Shown: one piece after another, positions 9,953 through 19,899 of the stretch
Numbering within the stretch: the first letter of the stretch is position 1
Layout: every line of letters starts with the position of its first letter
Assembly: GCA_034087725.1 (NCBI GenBank)
Contig: JAXDXW010000004.1
Coordinates: 49,422 to 113,421 of the forward strand
Reading direction: 5' to 3'
DNA length: 64,000 nt
Source: Candidatus Onthovivens sp.
GTDB lineage: Bacteria > Bacillota_I > Bacilli_A > RFN20 > CAG-826
Notes under the pieces: model-generated
Seen by the model: the letters and a program-made list of their open reading frames with translations, nothing else
The model's database searches: none
What the model was told of the DNA's origin: nothing
Position numbers and translations under genes: made by a program

Positions 9953-11776
9953 TTATTGAGAAATTTTATTTTTTGCTTCCCACTTTTTACGTTCGGAAGT
10001 GTTTAAGATTTTTTTCCTCATTCTAAAAGTGGATGGAGTGATTTCCACTAATTCATCACTATTAATGTAATCTAAGCAAGCTTCAAGTGACATCTTTCTA
10101 GGGACTTTTAAAACAACAGTTTGATCTTTGTTTGCACTACGTTGATTAGTTAAATTTTTTGTTTGGCATACATTTACAGATAAGTCTGTATCATATTTGT
10201 TTTCGCCAACTATCATGCCTTCGTATATTTCGGCGCCAGGACCAACAAACATTACGCCTCTATCTTCGACATGTTGAAGTGCGTAAGGAGTAGCATTTCC
10301 TTTTTCAGTAGCAACTAAAACTCCAATTTGTCTTTCCCCTAATACTTTCTCTTTACAAGGTCTATATTCCTTGAAAGTATGAGCAATAATACCATAGCCC
10401 TTAGTTAATGTTAAAAAATTAGTGACAAAGCCAATTAGGCCGCGTGAAGGAATAACATAGTTTATTTTAGTGTTCATATCATCACTATTCATGTCAATTA
10501 ATTCTGCTTCTCTAGAACCTAAGCTTGTCATAATATCTCCGACGAAGTCATTAGGTACATCTACAGAAAGATCTTCATATGGTTCGCATTTAACGCCATC
10601 AATTTCTTTGATAATTACTTTAGGTCTACTAACTTCAAGTTCGAAACCTTCTCTTCTCATATTTTCAATTAAAATACCTAAATGCAATTCTCCACGTCCA
10701 GAAACAATCCAACTTTCAGTATTTGGAATTCGCTCAACACGCAAAGAAACATCTTTTTCTTTTTCTCTAAATAATCTTTCTTCAATTTTTCTGGCAGTTA
10801 ATAGTTTTCCATCTTGACCACTTAATGGTGAAGTATTTGTTCCAAATGTCATTTGAAGAGTAGGTTCATCAATGTGTAATAATGGAAGTGGATCGATATA
10901 GTCTAAATCACATATAGTTTCTCCGACATTTACATCAGCTAAACCTGCTACAGCTACTATTTCACCTGCTGAAGCTTCTTCAATTTCTATTTTCTTTAAT
11001 CCGTAATATCCATACAGTTTTAGGACTTTAAAATTTTTAACTTCTCCATTACTTCTAACGCATGAAACAGACTCGTTTAATTTGATAATTCCTCTTTGAA
11101 TTCTACCAATTCCCATTCTCCCGACATAATCGTTATAGTCAAGGAGAGCCATTTGGAGTTGCAATGGTTTTTCTGAATCCACTGAAGGTTCTGGTATTTC
11201 TTGCAATACTAAGTCGAAAATCGGATCCATACCAGGTTTTTGATCTTGTGGTAAAGGACTTAAGGAACTTGTACCATTTAAAGCGCTAGCATATGCAACT
11301 TTAAAATCTAAAAATTCATCAGGAGCACCCAATTCTATAAAAAGGGACAAAACTTCATCAACGGCTTTTTGTGCGTTTGCATTAGGTCTATCAATTTTAT
11401 TAATTACAACAATAGGTTTTACATGAGCTTCTAATGCTTTTTTAAGGACAAATCTAGTTTGTGGCATAGTGCCTTCGAAAGCATCAACAAGTAATAAACA
11501 CCCATCGACCATGTGCATAATTCTTTCGACTTCTCCGCCGAAATCTGCATGTCCTGGAGTGTCTAAGATATTAATTTTCGTATCTTTATAAATAACAGAA
11601 GTAGTTTTAGCTAAAATCGTAATGCCTCTTTCTCTTTCGATTGCATTACTATCCATAACTCTATCCTCAAGCTTCTCGTTTTCTCGAAAAGTTCCGCTAT
11701 ATTTTAATAGTTGATTGACTAGAGTAGTTTTACCGTGATCAACGTGCGCGATAATTGCAATGTTTCTTAATTTCAT
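9953..11776 (-). CDS. typA: Ribosome-associated translational GTPase TypA/BipA
   Basis: 607-aa ORF with GTPase motifs [17 protein letters not shown] and NKIDR. It has the TypA-specific domain arrangement rather than that of EF-G or LepA. Confidence 0.9.
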   Translation of the reverse strand: MKLRNIAIIAHVDHGKTTLVNQLLKYSGTFRENEKLEDRVMDSNAIERERGITILAKTTSVIYKDTKINILDTPGHADFGGEVERIMHMVDGCLLLVDAFEGTMPQTRFVLKKALEAHVKPIVVINKIDRPNANAQKAVDEVLSLFIELGAPDEFLDFKVAYASALNGTSSLSPLPQDQKPGMDPIFDLVLQEIPEPSVDSEKPLQLQMALLDYNDYVGRMGIGRIQRGIIKLNESVSCVRSNGEVKNFKVLKLYGYYGLKKIEIEEASAGEIVAVAGLADVNVGETICDLDYIDPLPLLHIDEPTLQMTFGTNTSPLSGQDGKLLTARKIEERLFREKEKDVSLRVERIPNTESWIVSGRGELHLGILIENMRREGFELEVSRPKVIIKEIDGVKCEPYEDLSVDVPNDFVGDIMTSLGSREAELIDMNSDDMNTKINYVIPSRGLIGFVTNFLTLTKGYGIIAHTFKEYRPCKEKVLGERQIGVLVATEKGNATPYALQHVEDRGVMFVGPGAEIYEGMIVGENKYDTDLSVNVCQTKNLTNQRSANKDQTVVLKVPRKMSLEACLDYINSDELVEITPSTFRMRKKILNTSERKKWEAKNKISQ

Positions 11777-11887
11777 ATCGAAGTCCTCATAAAACGTTTA
11801 TAAATATATCATATTTATAAATATTTTGTATATAAAATAGAGAAAAAATTGCTTATAGAAAAATTAAAAAAACTATATAAAAATAAA

Positions 11888-11916
11888 TAAAACCCTGCAA
11901 AACCTAATTATTTTTT
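11888..11916 (+). repeat. Copy b of the dispersed repeat
   Basis: TAAAACCCTGCAAAACCTAATTATTTTTT, in the divergent typA/secG intergenic region. Confidence 0.7.
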
Positions 11917-12148
11917 AAAATTTTATACTCTATATTTTTAAAATTAAGTTTATTTATCTTTTATATCAATTTTCTTTCTGAGATGTAAATCAAAGCACAT
12001 ATTTAGAAAATATCTAAAAATTGAATTAATCATACTAAAAAGTCGCTATTAAATTTATATAAATTTAATTTATTGAAAAAGTATTTTTTATTGTAATAAT
12101 TTGCAGTTTATAATAACATAATTTAAGAAAGAATTGAGGTATATATTT

Positions 12149-12385
12149 ATGCAACGGTATGATTATGTATTTTGGGTTATTGCAGTTATTATTATTGTTC
12201 TAAGTCTATTACAAGGTGGTAAATCTGAAGGTGCTTCTGGTGCAATTACTGGTGGCGGATTAAATGTATTCGTTAAGACAAAAGAAAGAGGCAGTGAATT
12301 GATAGTTTCTTATCTTACATTAGGTTTCGGAATTGTCTTCTTGTTTTTAGCTCTCTTATCACAAGCTTTAGGAAGCGCTGCTTAA
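12149..12385 (+). CDS. secG: Preprotein translocase subunit SecG
   Basis: Small two-TM protein with the glycine-rich loop LLQGGKSEGASGAITGGG. A GAGG RBS lies 9 nt upstream of ATG 12149; the ORF track used an upstream TTG. Confidence 0.7.
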   Translation: MQRYDYVFWVIAVIIIVLSLLQGGKSEGASGAITGGGLNVFVKTKERGSELIVSYLTLGFGIVFLFLALLSQALGSAA

Positions 12386-12406
12386 GAAACAGAGTGAAAT
12401 TAATTA

Positions 12407-12433
12407 AGGCATCTCTTTGAGATGCTTTTATTT
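12407..12433 (+). terminator. Rho-independent terminator after secG
   Basis: GCATCTC/GAGATGC stem with a 3-nt loop followed by TTTTATTT. Confidence 0.65.
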
Positions 12434-12447
12434 ATAAAAAGATTATT

Positions 12448-13251
12448 ATGGAAGAAATTAAATCGTACGTATTAAGAAAAAAAGAACTAATAAAAGCACA
12501 AGTTCAGCAACTAGGAAACAATTTAAAATTAGTAATTGTTCAAGTTAACGATGACCCTGCTTCAAATTCTTATATTAAAGGTAAATTAAGAGATTGCGCA
12601 GAAGTCGGAATAAATGCCGAATTAATAAAATTACCTATAGATACAACTCAAGATGAATTGTTGGATAAAATTGCCTTGTTAAACAACGATAAGACCGTAA
12701 CTGGTTTTATTGTGCAAATGCCTTTGCCTAAAGGAATTGATGAAGAATTAATTAAAAAGAGCATTACTCCTAGTAAGGATGTTGATGGATTTAATTTTTC
12801 AAGTGAATATACACCTGCAACACCAAAAGGCATACTTACATATTTAGAAGATCAAAATTATGATTTTGATGGAAAAAATGCTCTTGTAATAGGAAGAAGC
12901 AACATTGTAGGAAAACCTATTGCTAAATTACTTTTGGACAAAAATATGAATGTAACAATCGTTCATAGTCATACGAATCATTATGATTTAGCAAATTATA
13001 TCGCACACAGTGATTTGATTATCGTAGCTATTGGAAAGCCTCAATTTATTAACAAAACATTTAATTATAAGAAAAATTGTGTCGTTTTTGATGTAGGAAT
13101 ATCTAGAGTGAACGGAAAACTAGAAGGTGATTGTGAACCTGGATTGGATGTTGAATTTCAAAGTCCCGTTCCAGGTGGCGTTGGATTATTAACACGTTTA
13201 TCATTGATGATTAATCTTTTGGAGGTATATGAAAAATGCAATTTGAAATAA
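12448..13251 (+). CDS. folD: Bifunctional methylene-THF dehydrogenase / methenyl-THF cyclohydrolase
   Basis: 267-aa ORF with FolD motifs (YIKGKLRDC, TGFIVQMPLP, VIGRSNIVGKP and PGGVG near the C-terminus). Confidence 0.9.
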   Translation: MEEIKSYVLRKKELIKAQVQQLGNNLKLVIVQVNDDPASNSYIKGKLRDCAEVGINAELIKLPIDTTQDELLDKIALLNNDKTVTGFIVQMPLPKGIDEELIKKSITPSKDVDGFNFSSEYTPATPKGILTYLEDQNYDFDGKNALVIGRSNIVGKPIAKLLLDKNMNVTIVHSHTNHYDLANYIAHSDLIIVAIGKPQFINKTFNYKKNCVVFDVGISRVNGKLEGDCEPGLDVEFQSPVPGGVGLLTRLSLMINLLEVYEKCNLK

Positions 13252-13829
13252 AAAACGAAACGGTTTATGGCTTGGATTTTGCTATTAAAGCAAGTGGAAA
13301 TCCAATGAGAACTGTTTTGGATAGAACACCAAATACAGATAAAGATTTTATAAGAGCTACTAAACTTGGACAGGCTAAAAGCGGTGAAGGACATGATAAT
13401 TTTCTTAAGGGAATTATTGTACAAATGGATGTTGTAGCTCCTTTATATTGGCGGAAGCAAGCACAAAGATATCATTGGTTTGATTTTATTAGTAGCCAGT
13501 CCACAATGCACTGCTTACTTAAATTTAATATAAGTGAACAATGTGTTCCTGAAACTAACAAAAGAATTTTGAAAATTGTTGAAGAAATAAAAGAAGAATA
13601 TAACCAAATACCTGATGAAAAAGTAGAAGAAAAAAAGAATAAGTGGAGAGAACTTGTTGCATCCACACCTTGTGGTTTTATTCTTGGTGCATCTATGACA
13701 ACAAATTATCAGCAATTAAAAACAATGTATAGTCAAAGAAAGAATCATAAATTAAAAGAGTGGAGAGTATTTTGCGATTGGTGTTTAACTCTCCCTCATT
13801 TTAAAGAATTGACTGGTGTAGAAAAGTAA
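13236..13829 (+). CDS. Divergent ThyX-family (flavin-dependent thymidylate synthase-like) protein with altered catalytic motifs
   Basis: The core VVAPLYWRKQAQRYHWFDFISSQSTMH aligns to the ThyX [24 protein letters not shown] region. RHR is replaced by RYH and the C-terminal RY is missing. A GGAGG RBS lies 10 nt upstream, and the ATG overlaps the last 16 nt of folD. Confidence 0.45.
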   Translation: MQFEIKNETVYGLDFAIKASGNPMRTVLDRTPNTDKDFIRATKLGQAKSGEGHDNFLKGIIVQMDVVAPLYWRKQAQRYHWFDFISSQSTMHCLLKFNISEQCVPETNKRILKIVEEIKEEYNQIPDEKVEEKKNKWRELVASTPCGFILGASMTTNYQQLKTMYSQRKNHKLKEWRVFCDWCLTLPHFKELTGVEK

Positions 13830-13832
13830 CGC

Positions 13833-14615
13833 TTATTTTTCTTTAGTGGTGTCAATTTCATAATTCGGAAGTTCTTTAACTGCTTCCGAATTTTTATTTT
13901 TCGATTGACTTTTACGAGGTTTTTGTGAATTTGAGGCGCTTTTTTGAACTTTAACAGGAGTGTTCTCAACATCCTTTATTAATTTTGAATCGGCAATAAT
14001 TATGTCTTTCTTTGGTGAAATAAGAGGGTAAATAGATAAGAATAATCCTATTAAAATAAGAATAATCCCGATTATTAAAACAATTATTTGATCTGGCTTT
14101 TTAGAACTTTGAGTTCTTGCAAATTCCCCAAAGAATAATATTACAATTCCTAAGCTTAAGAACAAAGCGCCGACAATTGAATATAAAATAATATTTTTTA
14201 CTAGATTGCTTTTGATTTTAGAATAGCCATCATTTTTTATCTTGCTGTGCTTAACTAAATCAAACGAATTTATTGTAACTTCTATGAATAAAACCATTGA
14301 ATATGTTATGAGAATTGTACCAAAGATCATCGGTAAGAAATTGATAACTGTATTAGGATTAAAGAAAACGAAAAAACTGATTGCAATTAAAATTACACCG
14401 CTAATAGTATCAGTTGAGGCAACTCCTCTTTGAAAAAGGTACGAAAATAAGATACTTAGTATCCCATAAATCATAACGACAGAAGCCAAAGAATAACTTA
14501 AGGCCGAATACATCGTGTCATTTTGAAAGAAAATTGCAAAAAGTAGTCCCAATACAAGAACAATAACGCCTTGTATACTTTTTATAACTCTATAAAAGTT
14601 TGTAACATTTTTCAT
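13833..14615 (-). CDS. Polytopic membrane protein with a lysine/serine-rich C-terminal tail (possibly DUF308/HdeD-like)
   Basis: Multiple hydrophobic helices and a low-complexity C-terminus. It sits 12 nt downstream of the YolD-like gene on the same strand. Confidence 0.45.
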   Translation of the reverse strand: MKNVTNFYRVIKSIQGVIVLVLGLLFAIFFQNDTMYSALSYSLASVVMIYGILSILFSYLFQRGVASTDTISGVILIAISFFVFFNPNTVINFLPMIFGTILITYSMVLFIEVTINSFDLVKHSKIKNDGYSKIKSNLVKNIILYSIVGALFLSLGIVILFFGEFARTQSSKKPDQIIVLIIGIILILIGLFLSIYPLISPKKDIIIADSKLIKDVENTPVKVQKSASNSQKPRKSQSKNKNSEAVKELPNYEIDTTKEK

Positions 14616-14627
14616 AACTATTCTACT

Positions 14628-14957
14628 TTAGCAAATTTCTTCAAAAATATCTGGGGATTCGATATCTATAATATTTTTTAGAGGTATTTCATAATCTTCT
14701 ATATAAATTATTTTTTTGTTTTTGTCTAAATAGGTTATTTTTCCTTCATAAAAATAACAATAACCTTCCAAATAGAATTTTATTGTCAGTTTTTCGTTTA
14801 AATGATTTCGCAGAATAAAATCAATTTTTTTTGCTTGTTCAGTAGAAATTCTTGGCTTCTCGATTTTATTTTTTTCATAAATCATGCGATCTAAAAAAAC
14901 TGATTGTTCAGTTAAACTAGAAAACGGCAAATATTTTTTCATACCTCTTTTTTCCAT
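14628..14957 (-). CDS. YolD-like small protein
   Basis: 109-aa protein whose size and pattern (..EQAKKIDFILRN.. then I.YIEDY.I.L.NIIDIE) resemble the YolD-like family. No Y-family polymerase is adjacent. Confidence 0.4.
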   Translation of the reverse strand: MEKRGMKKYLPFSSLTEQSVFLDRMIYEKNKIEKPRISTEQAKKIDFILRNHLNEKLTIKFYLEGYCYFYEGKITYLDKNKKIIYIEDYEIPLKNIIDIESPDIFEEIC

Positions 14958-14999
14958 ACTAAAATTATATCAAAAAGAGAAAATGAATAGATAAAAATG

Positions 15000-15860
15000 C
15001 TAATAAATTTTAGTTACTGTTATGGCGAGTGCCCCAGGTCCGATGTGAGTTGCAACGGATAAACTTAAAGGCTCAAGTCTTATATTTTTTAAATTAAATT
15101 TTTCTTCAACTTCTTTTTTCCAAAGATTTGCTGCTTCAATATCGTAAGAATAGACTAAAGCAATTTCTAAACCATCTAAACTACCGTTATATTTTGTGTC
15201 TATTATAGATTGTATAGCATTTAGCATTGTAGTTTTAGACTTTTTAATACCTACACACTTAGCAAAAGCGTCTAATTTGCCACCCTCAATAGATAAAACT
15301 GGTTTAATGTGAAAGGTTGCACCTAATGCAGCTCCTGCGGGTGTAACTCTGCCACCTTTTTTGAGATATTTCAAAGTATCCACCATAATGAAAATATTGG
15401 AATCCGATTTTGTTTCTTCGAGATATCTTTTAATCTCTTCTCCAGTTTTTCCTTCATTTCTCAGCTTTATCGCATCATAAACAGAAGCTTTTAATGTAAC
15501 GCTAATTCTATGATTATCAACTACAAAAACCTTACCGTTAAATTCTTCTGACAATAATTGTGCGCTATGACATGATTCACTTAGCCCACTAGACATTGGA
15601 ATATGAACAACTTGATCATATTCTTTTAAAGCGTCTTCCCACATATTAATTACTTCACCTGGAGAAGGCTGTGAAGTCTTGATATCTTTATCTTCTTCTA
15701 AAAATTTATAAAATTGTTCACCGGATAAAGTCTCATTTTCAAAATAGCATTCGCCATCAACAATTATTGGCATCCTTAATATTTTGACATCGTTTTCTAT
15801 TGCTTCCTTTTTTGTAAAGCCTGAATTGTCGTCAGTTATAATACAAATTCTCATAATCAT
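15000..15860 (-). CDS. DegV-family fatty-acid-binding protein
   Basis: 286-aa ORF with the N-terminal IITDSNSG-like ICIITDDNSG motif, plus TSQPSPGE and a C-terminal EDD-fold signature. Confidence 0.85.
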   Translation of the reverse strand: MIMRICIITDDNSGFTKKEAIENDVKILRMPIIVDGECYFENETLSGEQFYKFLEEDKDIKTSQPSPGEVINMWEDALKEYDQVVHIPMSSGLSESCHSAQLLSEEFNGKVFVVDNHRISVTLKASVYDAIKLRNEGKTGEEIKRYLEETKSDSNIFIMVDTLKYLKKGGRVTPAGAALGATFHIKPVLSIEGGKLDAFAKCVGIKKSKTTMLNAIQSIIDTKYNGSLDGLEIALVYSYDIEAANLWKKEVEEKFNLKNIRLEPLSLSVATHIGPGALAITVTKIY

Positions 15861-15990
15861 TCCGTCCTATCTTTACAATTTTTTCAAAAGTTATAATAAA
15901 TGTAAATATGATATTAAATACTAGATTTTCTTGTTATTAGTTAAATAATTTTTTATAGAATTATTAAATATATATTTGTAAAATATTCAT

Positions 15991-16893
15991 ATGCCTTTAT
16001 TTGTTTTGAAAACTGATCTAGTAAACATGAATGTTGATGCAATAGTCAACGATTCAAACGTTAAGTTAAAAATGGTTGAAGGAGTTGGACGAGCAATCTT
16101 TCATGCTGCAGGAGATTTAGAGCTTACTGAGGCGTGTAAAAAAATCGGCTATTGTGCCCCTGGAAGTGCGGTTGAGACAGAACCATTTAACTTAACAAAC
16201 GCAAAAATTATAATACATGCTGTTGCACCAATTTATAATAACGGCAAACATAATGAAGAAAAATTGTTAAGAAGCGCATATAGAAAAAGCCTAGAAATTG
16301 CTTCAAGCCATAATTTTACAAAAATTGCTTTCCCTTTACTTGGAGCAGAATTTAACTGGCCTAGAGAAATTTGCTATCAAATTGCTTGTAGCGAACTAAA
16401 GAAATTTTTAGTTGAAAATCCTAATGTAACTATTTATTTATGCATGTTTAAAAATATACCTGATGTTATCGATGATAATTTACACGAAGCTTTAACAAAC
16501 TACTCAACAAGCCATTTTACTTATCAGAATCAACAAAAAGATTTTGCTATACAAAAGAAAGATTTTATTAAAGTCTTTGGCAAAAGAATTAAAGAGATAC
16601 CTGTTAACACTTTTTTATATAAAGCAAACATAAATTTAGAAGTATACAACGAGGTACTTAATAACCCTGAATTTGCGATGAGCAAATCTTTTGCAATTGG
16701 CATATGTATTGCTTTAGAAATGACTTTAGATGAAATGAAAATTGCTTTATTACAATTGGGATATGAATTTAGAAACGATAGACTTTTTGATTTAATTATT
16801 CTTTATTTAGTACAGCAAAAAATTTATGACATTTATACAATAAACAATGCTTTATTTTCGTATAATTTTGATTTATTAGGATGTTCAAAATGA
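15991..16893 (+). CDS. Macro-domain protein (ADP-ribose / O-acetyl-ADP-ribose processing) fused to a ~130-aa C-terminal domain of unknown function
   Basis: N-terminal ~170 aa carry macro-domain motifs (VDAIVNDSN, GVGRAIFHAAG, AFPLLGAE). The C-terminal part has a possible HTH-like segment (AIGICIALEMTLDEMKIAL). Confidence 0.7.
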   Translation: MPLFVLKTDLVNMNVDAIVNDSNVKLKMVEGVGRAIFHAAGDLELTEACKKIGYCAPGSAVETEPFNLTNAKIIIHAVAPIYNNGKHNEEKLLRSAYRKSLEIASSHNFTKIAFPLLGAEFNWPREICYQIACSELKKFLVENPNVTIYLCMFKNIPDVIDDNLHEALTNYSTSHFTYQNQQKDFAIQKKDFIKVFGKRIKEIPVNTFLYKANINLEVYNEVLNNPEFAMSKSFAIGICIALEMTLDEMKIALLQLGYEFRNDRLFDLIILYLVQQKIYDIYTINNALFSYNFDLLGCSK

Positions 16894-17795
16894 GAATAAA
16901 TCCTCATATTTTACAAGCTCTAAAAGACGGAAAGCCAATTGTAGCTCTTGAAACTACAATTATTTCTCATGGAATGCCTTATCCACAAAATGTATCGACA
17001 GCTTTAATGGTTGAAAAAACCATTTATGATAACGGAGCAATACCAGCAACTATTGGAATCATAGATGGCGAAGCAGTCATAGGTATGACCAAAGATGAAA
17101 TTGAGGAATTTGGGAAGCGTCAAGGAATTGTTAAATGTAGTAGAAGAGATCTACCGATTATTTATGCTAAAAAATTGTGGGGTGCTACTACAGTTAGTGC
17201 TACGATGATTTTAGCTGAACAAGCAGGAATAGAATTTTTCGTAACTGGAGGAATCGGAGGGGCTCATAGAAATTGTAATGAAACTTTCGATATCAGTGCT
17301 GATTTAGATGAGTTAGGCAAGACAAATGTTACTGTTATTTGTGCAGGTCCTAAAGCTATTTTAGATTTAGGAATTACTTTAGAGATTCTTGAAACAAAAG
17401 GCGTTCCTGTTATCGGTTATAACACTGATGTGTTACCTGCATTTTATACCAATAAATCTAAATATAAAGTAGATTATAACGCACACAATCCTTTAGAAAT
17501 CGCTGAAATAGTTTATCAAAAGAGAATAAATAAACTTGATGGTGGAGTTCTAATAACTAATCCCATAAGTGATAAAGATTCAATGGATCCACAATTTATA
17601 GATGATTGTATAGAAAAAGCACTTCTAGAAATGAAGAGATTAGGTATAAGAGGAAAAGACGAAACTCCATTCTTGCTTAAAAAGATAGTTGAATTAAGTG
17701 GCGGAAAAAGTCTAGAAGCGAATATAAAATTAATCGTAAATAACGCAAAATTAGGCGCAAAAATAGCTAAGGAATACCAGAATATAAAAGTATAA
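16890..17795 (+). CDS. psuG: Pseudouridine-5'-phosphate glycosidase
   Basis: ALETTIISHGMPYPQN and FVTGGIGGAHR motifs. AGGA lies 8 nt upstream of ATG 16890; the ORF-track start at 16881 is an upstream extension. Confidence 0.85.
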   Translation: MRINPHILQALKDGKPIVALETTIISHGMPYPQNVSTALMVEKTIYDNGAIPATIGIIDGEAVIGMTKDEIEEFGKRQGIVKCSRRDLPIIYAKKLWGATTVSATMILAEQAGIEFFVTGGIGGAHRNCNETFDISADLDELGKTNVTVICAGPKAILDLGITLEILETKGVPVIGYNTDVLPAFYTNKSKYKVDYNAHNPLEIAEIVYQKRINKLDGGVLITNPISDKDSMDPQFIDDCIEKALLEMKRLGIRGKDETPFLLKKIVELSGGKSLEANIKLIVNNAKLGAKIAKEYQNIKV

Positions 17796-17849
17796 ATATT
17801 CTGGTATTTTTTTACAAAAAAGAATTCAGTAAAAAAATACTAATATTCT

Positions 17850-17877
17850 TTGCACTATGTAAAAATTTTTGTATAAT
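17850..17877 (+). promoter_or_regulatory. Sigma-A-type promoter of the alcohol dehydrogenase gene
   Basis: TTGCAC (-35), a 16-nt spacer ending in TG, then TATAAT (-10). An AGGAGG RBS at 17895-17900 lies 5 nt before ATG 17906. Confidence 0.55.
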
Positions 17878-17905
17878 AATCCCGGAAGTAATTTAGGAGG
17901 ATTAT

Positions 17906-19090
17906 ATGTCAAGATTTACTTTACCAAGAGATATCTACTACGGCTGTGGTAGCTTAGCAGAACTCAAAAACTTAAAAGGAAAAAAGGCTATCGTTGTTAC
18001 TGGCGGAAGCTCAATGAAGAAATCCGGTTTCTTAGATAAAACAGTTGCTTATTTAAAAGAAGCAGGTTTAGAAGTTGATGTTTTTGACGGTGTAGAGCCA
18101 GATCCAAGCGTTGAGACAGTTATGAGAGGCGCTGAAGAAATGAGAAAATTCCAACCAGATTGGATCGTTTCTATCGGTGGTGGCTCTCCAATTGATGCAG
18201 CTAAAGCTATGTGGGCTTTCTACGAATATCCAGATGTCACATTCGAATCATTGTGTATTCCATTCAATTTCCCACATTTAAGAACAAAAGCTAGATTTGT
18301 TGCTATTCCATCAACAAGTGGTACAGCTACTGAAGTTACAGCTTTCTCAGTCATTACTGATTACGCAAAAGGAATAAAATACCCATTAGCAGATTTTGAA
18401 ATTACACCAGATGTTGCTATCGTTGACCCTGATATTGTTAGAAGTTTACCTGCAAAGCAAGTAGCTTACACAGGTATGGATGCTTTAACACATGCTATTG
18501 AAGCTTATGTTGGCACAATTGCTACAGATTTCACTGATCCTTTAGCACTTAAGGCAATTAAAATGGTTTGCACATATCTCGAAGAGAGCTATGTTTGTGC
18601 TGATGGTAAGGCAAGAGAAGAAATGCACTATGCTCAATGTTTAGCAGGTATGGCTTTCTCAAATGCTTTACTCGGAATTGTTCACTCAATGGCTCATAAA
18701 ACTGGTGCTGCTTTCTCAACAGGCCATGTTCCACACGGATGTGCTAATGCAATGTATTTACCACATGTTATCGAATACAACGCAAATAACCCTAGAGCTT
18801 TAGCACGTTATGCTCAAATTGCTCAAGAATTAGGTCTTGAAGGTCACGATGCAAAAGAATTAACTCAAGCATTAGTTGAAAAAATTAGAAGAATGAATGT
18901 TTTCTTAGGAATTCCTCATGGATTAAAAGAATTTGGTGTTGATGAGAAAGAATTCTTAGAAAAATTACCTGAAATTGCTCATAACGCTGTTAATGATGCT
19001 TGTACAGGTACTAACCCAAACCCAATTGATGATGCTACAATGGCAGAATTATTTAAATGCTGCTATTATGACACACCTTGGAAATTCTAA
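17906..19090 (+). CDS. Iron-containing (group III) alcohol dehydrogenase, FucO/BdhA-like
   Basis: GGGSPIDAAK and iron-ligand histidines (HAIEAY, HSMAHK, HVPHG). GC content and C-ending codon usage are markedly higher than in neighbouring genes, consistent with high expression. Confidence 0.85.
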   Translation: MSRFTLPRDIYYGCGSLAELKNLKGKKAIVVTGGSSMKKSGFLDKTVAYLKEAGLEVDVFDGVEPDPSVETVMRGAEEMRKFQPDWIVSIGGGSPIDAAKAMWAFYEYPDVTFESLCIPFNFPHLRTKARFVAIPSTSGTATEVTAFSVITDYAKGIKYPLADFEITPDVAIVDPDIVRSLPAKQVAYTGMDALTHAIEAYVGTIATDFTDPLALKAIKMVCTYLEESYVCADGKAREEMHYAQCLAGMAFSNALLGIVHSMAHKTGAAFSTGHVPHGCANAMYLPHVIEYNANNPRALARYAQIAQELGLEGHDAKELTQALVEKIRRMNVFLGIPHGLKEFGVDEKEFLEKLPEIAHNAVNDACTGTNPNPIDDATMAELFKCCYYDTPWKF

Positions 19091-19124
19091 TTAATTATTT
19101 AATTTATAAAAAAGTTTTAGTGAA

Positions 19125-19167
19125 AGGTACTCCAAATCCTAGAAATTAGGAAAGGAGTACTTTTTTC
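19125..19167 (+). terminator. Rho-independent terminator after the alcohol dehydrogenase gene
   Basis: GTACTCC...GGAGTAC stem with an inner CCTA/TAGG stem, followed by TTTTTT. Confidence 0.65.
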
Positions 19168-19870
19168 TATAAAATATTAGTAAAAATACAAGCTTGAATG
19201 TATCTGTATCCAAAAATGTTCATATTAAAATGTCCACTTTATCGATGGGTTAAAAAAAATAACGAAAAAGGCGTTGCTCAATCAATACCTAGAAAAGAAA
19301 TTGTATTAACAACTGTGCAAAAGAATAATTCTTTAATGTGATGAAAAACGAATTGTTTTATGCTCATGGATCTGAATTTAATGCGTTTGATCAATTAAAA
19401 AGTGACTAATTAATATCTTTATTATTATAATTATGGAATTAATAGAAACAAATAAATGTCAACTTTCCAAAATTAGTTAAGCATCCATGTTAACCTTCCG
19501 ATATAAACTAGTTAGCAAACAATTAGTGTCTTGGAAATTGAGTTTCAATGATAGGACAACTCTTTTTTTGCACTTAAGTTTAATTTAATAAAATTAGTAT
19601 ATCTAATCAGAATTCAACAAGTTTATCGAAAGTGAGCAATAAATTTTTATTAATTTCTATATCAAAAAACTTAACGACTAAGATAAGTTAAAAGATGTTA
19701 TAATCAAAAATATAAATGTGGATTCTTTGTGAATTGCATTAGATATTTAGGAGGACAAACTTGCAGAGTATATAAATTAATCTTTAGTTAGGTAAATAAT
19801 TTTTGAATACTATAATTCTAAGAATTAATTTGTTTGGTCTTAAAAAAATATTAAAAAGTACTTAGAATTT

Positions 19871-19899
19871 AAAAAACCCTGCAGAACTCAAGTTATTTT
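19871..19899 (+). repeat. Copy c of the dispersed repeat
   Basis: AAAAAACCCTGCAGAACTCAAGTTATTTT directly abuts ATG 19900, so the downstream gene has no Shine-Dalgarno sequence. Confidence 0.7.

Noticed and set aside
10470-10817. 115-aa plus-strand ORF inside typA
   Set aside because: typA on the minus strand has full GTPase motif support. The plus-strand frame is a serine/leucine-rich antisense artefact.
13158-13715. Three small minus-strand ORFs (13158-13424, 13472-13666, 13515-13715) opposite the ThyX-like gene
   Set aside because: They are mutually overlapping, low-complexity (F/I/S-rich), lack RBSs and are antisense to an ORF that has a GGAGG RBS and family similarity.
17906-19090. Elevated GC of the alcohol dehydrogenase gene as evidence of horizontal acquisition
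   Set aside because: The GC rise comes from C- and T-ending optimal codons (TTC, TAC, AAC, GGT, GCT), not from altered amino-acid usage. The gene has a consensus promoter and RBS, which fits translational selection on a highly expressed native gene.
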